From Clostridia bacterium (GTDB taxonomy: Bacteria; Bacillota; Clostridia; Oscillospirales; CAG-272), in assembly GCA_017504405.1 (NCBI GenBank), contig JAFVRG010000002.1:39278-103277 (forward strand): a stretch of 64,000 nt of DNA. Direction: 5' to 3'. A program made the translations under genes and the position numbers. Below are positions 58,511 through 64,000 of this stretch, piece after piece. Position 1 is the first letter of the stretch; every line of letters begins with the position of its first letter. The notes beneath the pieces are model-generated. The model was not told where the DNA came from. It worked only from the letters and a program-made list of their open reading frames with translations, and did not search any database.

Positions 58511-58740
58511 TTCCAAGTTCTTGTGAAAGTTTTGTAAAAAGCGTTCAATTCCGTGCATTTCGGTGCGTTTTATTAAAAATGCAATGTTTTTTATATTAAA
58601 AACGTTAAATAAGTTGCGTAATTTTTGCATTTTTACGCAACTTTTAAATTAAATTTATACCGATTTTATACCAATTTTGAAATCCTTAAATTTAATAGGC
58701 AGACCCCGCATTCTCGGGAATCTGCCTAGTTAAGTGCTCC

Positions 58741-61353
58741 TTATAAATCTTTGATGATATTCAAAAACTTATCAAACGATATAGCGTCGGGATTACTTGC
58801 AATATCGTTTTCACTTACCATATAATAACGGAATTTACTACCTGCTTGCGCTTGCCACATCTTGCCGAGTTCAGCTTTTTCACGGCTATCGTCGTTAGAC
58901 GTTAAGTGTTCGCCTTTCGTTTCAATCATTACGATATATCCACTATTCGTCATTACGATAAAGTCAGGATAATGGTTGATAAACCCATTTATATAGAACT
59001 CGTGACGTTCAATATTTCTATGCCACCATTTGATATTAGGCATAGAAGAAACTTTTTCAATAACCTTACGTTCAAAAGCGTTCATTGTTTGCTCTTCAGC
59101 GTATAAAGACTTTGACAAGAACGAGAACGTTTCGCCCGGATTGATTTCACTCTTTAACTTAAACGACGGAATACAAACGATTTTACCCGTTTCAAGCAAA
59201 AGCTTAAATCTTTCACGACGATATTCGTCGAGAAGCACATTGATTTTCTCTTTAATTCTTATTGCAAAACCATGAACGTTCTTTTCGAGTGCCGCAAGTT
59301 CATCTCTATCCATGTTTTCTATAACACGGTCAATATAAGATACCAATTCAATTCCTGAAATAAAATCAATCTTTTCAAGGATATTCTTCATTTGATACTT
59401 GCAGTTTCTTACCCGACTTTCAGGTGGTAAAGATTGAAATATCTCCTTGAAATATTCACTTTCAGCTTCCGCCATAAAACGATATTTCGGTTTTTCGTTT
59501 TTGTTGACATCAACTTCAGCAACACCTTCCGTTGCAGAACGGAAATCAATTTCAACGCTTTTATCTTTTAACGTAAAGCCGTCGGATAAAAATTCCTTAC
59601 TCACAAGTTCTTTATAGTCCCCGTCTAAAAACGCAAATAAGCTATTTTCAGACTTATAATAAAATTGTGGAATTTCCAAAGACAACGCTTCGTCTTTAAA
59701 TTCGTCGTAAATTCTATATGTAGTCACTTTACTTCTTACCTCCAAAGGTAAATCACTTAACGGCTCGGATTGAAGAGTTTTTAATTCTTCATCGTAAGTA
59801 TCACTCTTAACTTCTGCACTTGCCAACATATCGTCAATAGCAGTAGAAGGAGCATCCGTTTTCCGTCTTTCTTCAATAATTGTTTTAAGTGTAGTACTAT
59901 CAAACTGTAAAAATTCTTCTTCATCCACCGTAGGCGGTGTAATTGTAATTTCTTGTTGTACAGGCTTCGGTGCAGATTCAACAACAGGTTTTTCTTCTGT
60001 CACACGATAATCTTTACTACTAAAGCCAGCATCGTTAAGACCTTGAATCACTTTCGTAATCGTAGCGTGGAAATCGTTAGAACTTGTAAGCACGTAAGAA
60101 AGATTCAAAAACTTACTCGTATTTTGTTTTGTGTAAGGCAAACGCAAAACACGACCTAAAATTTGCTCTACGTCAACGGTAGAAGTTTTGTTTGCAAGTG
60201 TTGCTAAAATATACGCAAACGGACAGTCCCAACCTTCTTTAAGCGCGTTAACCGTAATGATATACTTTATCTTGCAATCGGGCGACATTAAATCTTTATC
60301 TTTAATTTCGTTTATTTCAGCCGTCTTAATTGCAATTTCTTCCGCAGGAATACCGTTTTCTACAAGTTTTTCCTTTAACTTGTCAAATGTTTCCTTGTTT
60401 TCACCGTTTCTTGGCTGCGCTTGGAATAAGACGATAGGTCTAATATAACGTCCACACGTATTCGTTTTAGCAAGTTCGTCTAAACGGTTGCGTAAGTCAA
60501 TTGCATCCGCAATAACTTCTTCTTGCGATGGGCGATTATAAACAATAACGGGAAGTTTAACCATATTTTCCGTTTTAAGTTGTGCCGCATCCACGTAAGA
60601 AATAATATTGCTGTTCTTTCTCGGCGTAGCCGTTAAATCAAGAATAAAGCAAGGATTTAAGTTTTTAAGCATTTCCACACTTAATTCACCCGTAGTATGA
60701 TGGCTTTCATCAACGACCACAACTGGAGAAAGTTGGTTTAATACTTGGATAAGCGCAGTATCGTCAACACCTTCTATAAGCGTTTCAGGAGTAGAAATAA
60801 ACTTGGTAAATTGTTGCAAGTTTCCGTTTTCTTGATAAACCTTTCTGCCTTCTTTGTTTTTAATACGGAAACTATCAAAACTCATTATCACAATAGAGAG
60901 TTGCTCGTTTACTGTAGTAGGGTTAAATTGTTGTCCGTCTAAAACTTGTTGCTTGCTATAAACTTGAACTCTGCCATTAAAATCCGACTCAATCTTTTGC
61001 CTATACGGATGCGCAGGGTTAGATAAATTCTTTAACGTTTGCGTAAGAATGGCTTCAGATGGAACAAGCCAAACGACAACTTTTGCCTTTTTGCTTGGTA
61101 AGTTACCGAAAATAGTTTTTAACGAATTGCACGCCAAAAAGGTTTTTCCACCACCCGTAGGCACTTTGAAACAAACGTGGGGCGTATTTTCAATCGTGTT
61201 TTTATAAGTAGGGATAGCGTCAAATCCAACTCTAACACCTTTTTCTAACCAATAATCATTATAGGCTTTAACAACACTATTCGTAGAGTTCAATAACTCG
61301 CAATAGCGGTTCAAATCACTTATAACTTGTTTTTGAAAGTTTTTTAATTCCAT
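58741..61353 (-). CDS. Type III restriction enzyme Res subunit
   Basis: PTGGGKT, DESHH, TATP, LKEGWD, QILGRVLR, C-terminal PDF...IETKG nuclease. Confidence 0.92.
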   Translation of the reverse strand: MELKNFQKQVISDLNRYCELLNSTNSVVKAYNDYWLEKGVRVGFDAIPTYKNTIENTPHVCFKVPTGGGKTFLACNSLKTIFGNLPSKKAKVVVWLVPSEAILTQTLKNLSNPAHPYRQKIESDFNGRVQVYSKQQVLDGQQFNPTTVNEQLSIVIMSFDSFRIKNKEGRKVYQENGNLQQFTKFISTPETLIEGVDDTALIQVLNQLSPVVVVDESHHTTGELSVEMLKNLNPCFILDLTATPRKNSNIISYVDAAQLKTENMVKLPVIVYNRPSQEEVIADAIDLRNRLDELAKTNTCGRYIRPIVLFQAQPRNGENKETFDKLKEKLVENGIPAEEIAIKTAEINEIKDKDLMSPDCKIKYIITVNALKEGWDCPFAYILATLANKTSTVDVEQILGRVLRLPYTKQNTSKFLNLSYVLTSSNDFHATITKVIQGLNDAGFSSKDYRVTEEKPVVESAPKPVQQEITITPPTVDEEEFLQFDSTTLKTIIEERRKTDAPSTAIDDMLASAEVKSDTYDEELKTLQSEPLSDLPLEVRSKVTTYRIYDEFKDEALSLEIPQFYYKSENSLFAFLDGDYKELVSKEFLSDGFTLKDKSVEIDFRSATEGVAEVDVNKNEKPKYRFMAEAESEYFKEIFQSLPPESRVRNCKYQMKNILEKIDFISGIELVSYIDRVIENMDRDELAALEKNVHGFAIRIKEKINVLLDEYRRERFKLLLETGKIVCIPSFKLKSEINPGETFSFLSKSLYAEEQTMNAFERKVIEKVSSMPNIKWWHRNIERHEFYINGFINHYPDFIVMTNSGYIVMIETKGEHLTSNDDSREKAELGKMWQAQAGSKFRYYMVSENDIASNPDAISFDKFLNIIKDL

Positions 61354-61364
61354 AATTTTACCTC

Positions 61365-62948
61365 TTAAAGCCTTGTAATATCACGTGGTATTTTCTTAAA
61401 TACGATATTAAACTTTTCCATTATTTCTTCCGAAAGCACACATTTATCTGCGTAAATTATGTATTCCGTCGCTCTTGTATTTATCGTAGATAAAAATTCG
61501 TTGTTAAGCGTAGTAATTTCATCTTTTTTGTAGAAGAAGTAATACGCGGTGTCATTATTTTTACCTAATAAATAGGGATTGTCCGTAGCCGCCATATCAA
61601 GTGGCTTTTTTGTTTCCATATAATAAACATATTTACGGATTTCTTCTTCAGGAACTTCTTCGTTTAAGTTTTTATCATCCTTAAATAGAGGTTGTCCAAG
61701 TTCATAGTAAGTGAAATCGCCGGGAACACCATCCACCTTCTTTTTGCCTGAACCATAGCCTTTTATAACTCTCTTTATTCTTTCCGCCGTTAAAGTTTCA
61801 GCATAATCCATCATCTCTACAAGAATAAACCTTCTCTTACCATTATCATTTTTATTCATTTTCAAAAGAGAGTGCGCTGTTGTTGCGCTGCCTCCAAACG
61901 AGTCTAAAAATAACGCATTTTCTTTTTTGCAAGCCATTGTGAGAAGTTGTTCTATAAGCTTGGTTGGTTTCGGAAAAGGGAATTCGTTTCCGTTCCCAAA
62001 AATTTCTTGCATTTCACGAGTACCGTCTTGCGTAAATACATTGTCAATCAAAGAAAATGGGCGAGTTGTTCTTTGTATTCCTTGCCTATCCTTCAAATAT
62101 TGTTTTATGAATACCGACCAAGTTCCATTTCTTTGCGAAAATCCTAATTCATGATATTTTAAAGCTTCTTCAACATGTTCTTTCGACCAAATCCATTGTC
62201 TTCTTGGCATAATTATGCTTCCATCCGGAGCAGTAATAGGAAAACGTAAATTTTCTCTATCTCCCATACTATTACCAGCTTCTAACGGTTGTGTTCTATA
62301 TTTTCCACGTTCATTAACATACTCATCTTCATACACATAGTTACGAGCAATCATTTCTTCTGTATAAGGAATATCGAGCGTGTCAATTAAGCGTAAATCT
62401 TTCACATACATTAAAATATACTCTTGTACAACAATAACTCTCTTTTCTTTTGCACCATTATACCTTTTTTTCCAAACCAATGTTGCTATTCTATTTGATG
62501 CACCAAAAATTTCGTCGCAAACACACTTTAAATTTACGTATTCTATATCATCAATACTTATAAATATAATCCCGTCTTTTGCAAGAAGTTTATGTAACAA
62601 TTTCAATCTAGGATAAATCATGCAAAGCCATTTGTCATGTCTTGATAAATCTTCTCCTTCAGTCCCAACTACTTGTCCAAGCCATTTTTTAATTCTAGGG
62701 TCGTTTACGTTGTCGTTATAAACCCATTTTTCATTTCCCGTATTATACGGTGGGTCGATATAAATACAATCTATAAGTCCTTCATATTGAGGGAGAAGAG
62801 ATTTAAGCGCAAGCAAATTATCCCCGTGAATAATCATATTCTCGGAGTGTTCCGCATTAAACGTATATTTTTTATCAAGAATCCTAAACGGCACTTCTTG
62901 ATGATGATTTACAACCTTATCTTTTCCAATCCATTCTAACGTAGGCAT
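61365..62948 (-). CDS. Type III RM Mod subunit (m6A MTase, beta class)
   Basis: GDNL, YIDPPYN, FPKP, DSFGGSATT; upstream of res. Confidence 0.92.
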   Translation of the reverse strand: MPTLEWIGKDKVVNHHQEVPFRILDKKYTFNAEHSENMIIHGDNLLALKSLLPQYEGLIDCIYIDPPYNTGNEKWVYNDNVNDPRIKKWLGQVVGTEGEDLSRHDKWLCMIYPRLKLLHKLLAKDGIIFISIDDIEYVNLKCVCDEIFGASNRIATLVWKKRYNGAKEKRVIVVQEYILMYVKDLRLIDTLDIPYTEEMIARNYVYEDEYVNERGKYRTQPLEAGNSMGDRENLRFPITAPDGSIIMPRRQWIWSKEHVEEALKYHELGFSQRNGTWSVFIKQYLKDRQGIQRTTRPFSLIDNVFTQDGTREMQEIFGNGNEFPFPKPTKLIEQLLTMACKKENALFLDSFGGSATTAHSLLKMNKNDNGKRRFILVEMMDYAETLTAERIKRVIKGYGSGKKKVDGVPGDFTYYELGQPLFKDDKNLNEEVPEEEIRKYVYYMETKKPLDMAATDNPYLLGKNNDTAYYFFYKKDEITTLNNEFLSTINTRATEYIIYADKCVLSEEIMEKFNIVFKKIPRDITRL

Positions 62949-63508
62949 TATTGTTCTCCCGTTTTCTTTTCTTTCTTGGTTTCTTCTAAACGTCTTTCAA
63001 TTTCTGCACCATATTCCCTAACTTCTTCCATAGGAGTTTGCGGATTTGTCATATTAGTAAATAATTTCGCAATCTCTAACTGACCTTGTTTATAGGTGTT
63101 TTCTGCACTAATTTGAGCTAATAATCCATTAGGAACATAAGGATTTTGAATAAGCTCCCAATTTACGTTTTTATACTTTAATGATTTAGCCATCGCTTCA
63201 AGCATTTTTGTCTTATTATCTTCAATTTCTTTTGTTTTTACTTGAACATCCTCAGGCTTAATGTTTAACGACTTCAAATAAGCATTATATTTCTCAATAA
63301 CTTCTTTATCGTCATAAAAAACGATAGGAACTGAGTTAAAGACGTTTACCGAGTATTGGTCAACGTAACCAAAAGAACGATAAGACATTAGGTGAGAAAA
63401 AACACGCATTTTATCCTTTCTCTTTTCACTTCTATCTTGTAAATATTGCGCTATAATAACAGCCAAAATCGGGATAATAACTAGCGCCGCCAAATTTATC
63501 CATTCCAT
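62948..63508 (-). CDS. DUF6680-like protein with N-terminal TM helix
   Basis: IIPILAVII...RKDKMRVFSHLMSYR pattern; stop overlaps mod start; family recognised from memory. Confidence 0.6.
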   Translation of the reverse strand: MEWINLAALVIIPILAVIIAQYLQDRSEKRKDKMRVFSHLMSYRSFGYVDQYSVNVFNSVPIVFYDDKEVIEKYNAYLKSLNIKPEDVQVKTKEIEDNKTKMLEAMAKSLKYKNVNWELIQNPYVPNGLLAQISAENTYKQGQLEIAKLFTNMTNPQTPMEEVREYGAEIERRLEETKKEKKTGEQ

Positions 63509-63576
63509 TATATAAATCTCCTATTGTAATTTTACCACACTAAATATGACGACTTCCGTCATATTTATAAAATTTT

Positions 63577-63783
63577 TTATTCTTCATCTATAATTTCCAC
63601 AATATCTTCTATATTGCACTCTAAAACCTTGCAGATTTTAGCCAAAATTTCTGTGTTTACGTGTTCATTTTTGCCGAGTTTTGCAAGCGCAGTAGTTGTC
63701 ATACCAGTAGCAATACGGAGGTCTTTTTTCTTCATATCCTTATCGATTAAAAGTTTCCATAGCTTTTTATAACTGACAGCCAT
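63577..63783 (-). CDS. XRE/Cro-C1 HTH regulator, paralogue of 47330-47542
   Basis: MAVSYKKLWKLLIDKDM...LAKLGKN...KICKVLECNIEDIV. Confidence 0.88.
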   Translation of the reverse strand: MAVSYKKLWKLLIDKDMKKKDLRIATGMTTTALAKLGKNEHVNTEILAKICKVLECNIEDIVEIIDEE

Positions 63784-63821
63784 TTTGTAGCACCATCCTT
63801 AATTAAAAATCAGTTTTAACT

Positions 63822-63850
63822 ATTATAACACATCTATTCAGAAATTTCAA
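63822..63850 (-). promoter_or_regulatory. Sigma-A promoter of island 2 operon
   Basis: Minus strand TTGAAA-17 nt-TATAAT with TG extension. Confidence 0.6.
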
Positions 63851-63881
63851 CTAAAAATCCAATTTTTAGATTATAAATCGT

Positions 63882-63918
63882 AAAAAAAGAACTTGGATTC
63901 AATTCCAAGCTCTTTTTT
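63882..63918 (-). terminator. Intrinsic terminator after tRNA-Arg
   Basis: Minus strand GAGCTTGGA-ATTGAA-TCCAAGTTC followed by a T run. Confidence 0.75.
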
Positions 63919-63993
63919 TGGCCTCCCCGGCGAGAATCGAACTCACAACAGAAACTTAGGAGGTTCCCGTTATATCCATTTAACTACAGGGAG
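63919..63993 (-). tRNA. tRNA-Arg(CCT)
   Basis: CTCCCTG-TA-GTTAAATGGATATAAC-G-GGAAC-CTCCTAA-GTTTC-TGTT-GTGAG-TTCGATT-CTCGC-CGGGGAG-GCCA cloverleaf. Confidence 0.9.
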
Positions 63994-64000
63994 ATTTTTA

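Larger units (their letters stand above)
58511..63918. mobile_element. AT-rich defence island 2 at tRNA-Arg(CCT) (no integrase in window; may extend past 64000)
   Basis: AT shift, tRNA 3' remnant, arm-like direct repeats TTTATACC x2 at 58654/58665, type III RM cargo. Confidence 0.75.

Noticed and set aside
58511-58522. TTCCAAGTTCTT resembles TTCCAAGCTCTT at 63903 as a possible terminal repeat
   Set aside because: A 12-bp imperfect match, with the second copy forming part of a terminator stem; may be chance
61365-62948. Phase variation of type III mod
   Set aside because: No simple-sequence repeat tract seen and the frame is intact

Overview
Chromosomal segment of an anaerobic Bacillota (Clostridia-like) bacterium. 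The taxonomy is inferred from gene content, a CIRCE element and sigma-A type promoters. Most of the window (1-42.4 kb, 48-57.7 kb) is moderate-GC housekeeping and metabolic DNA: an arylacetate transporter-PaaK-IorAB operon, Fe-ADH, a DinG/XPD helicase, hpt, a flavodiiron-rubredoxin-ZIP cluster, rnc, NfnAB-like genes, pheST, coaD, rsmD, uvrC, HPr, cell-surface glycan genes, rimM-trmD, tadA, deoC-cdd-pdp, ppdK, htpG with CIRCE, and several transporters. Two visibly AT-rich defence islands lack an integrase in the window, lie downstream of minus-strand tRNA genes, and share one layout: tRNA, terminator, promoter, paralogous XRE regulator, RM system, tRNA 3' remnant. Island 1 (~42.5-47.8 kb) carries an m5C MTase, an m6A MTase, an HNH endonuclease (HpyAV/Hin4II-like type IIS) and an uncharacterised tandem winged-helix protein with an N/Q/G-rich RHIM-like IQIG segment. 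It abuts a tRNA-Glu that has a 47-bp hairpin inserted in its T-loop and has lost its 3' end. Island 2 (~58.5-63.9 kb) carries a type III RM system and a DUF6680-like protein. It lies between an intact tRNA-Arg(CCT) and a 3' half from a different tRNA-Arg(CCT) allele. Two families of intergenic palindromic repeats, a 19-bp VNTR and a rubredoxin missed by the ORF track are also present. No CRISPR array was seen.
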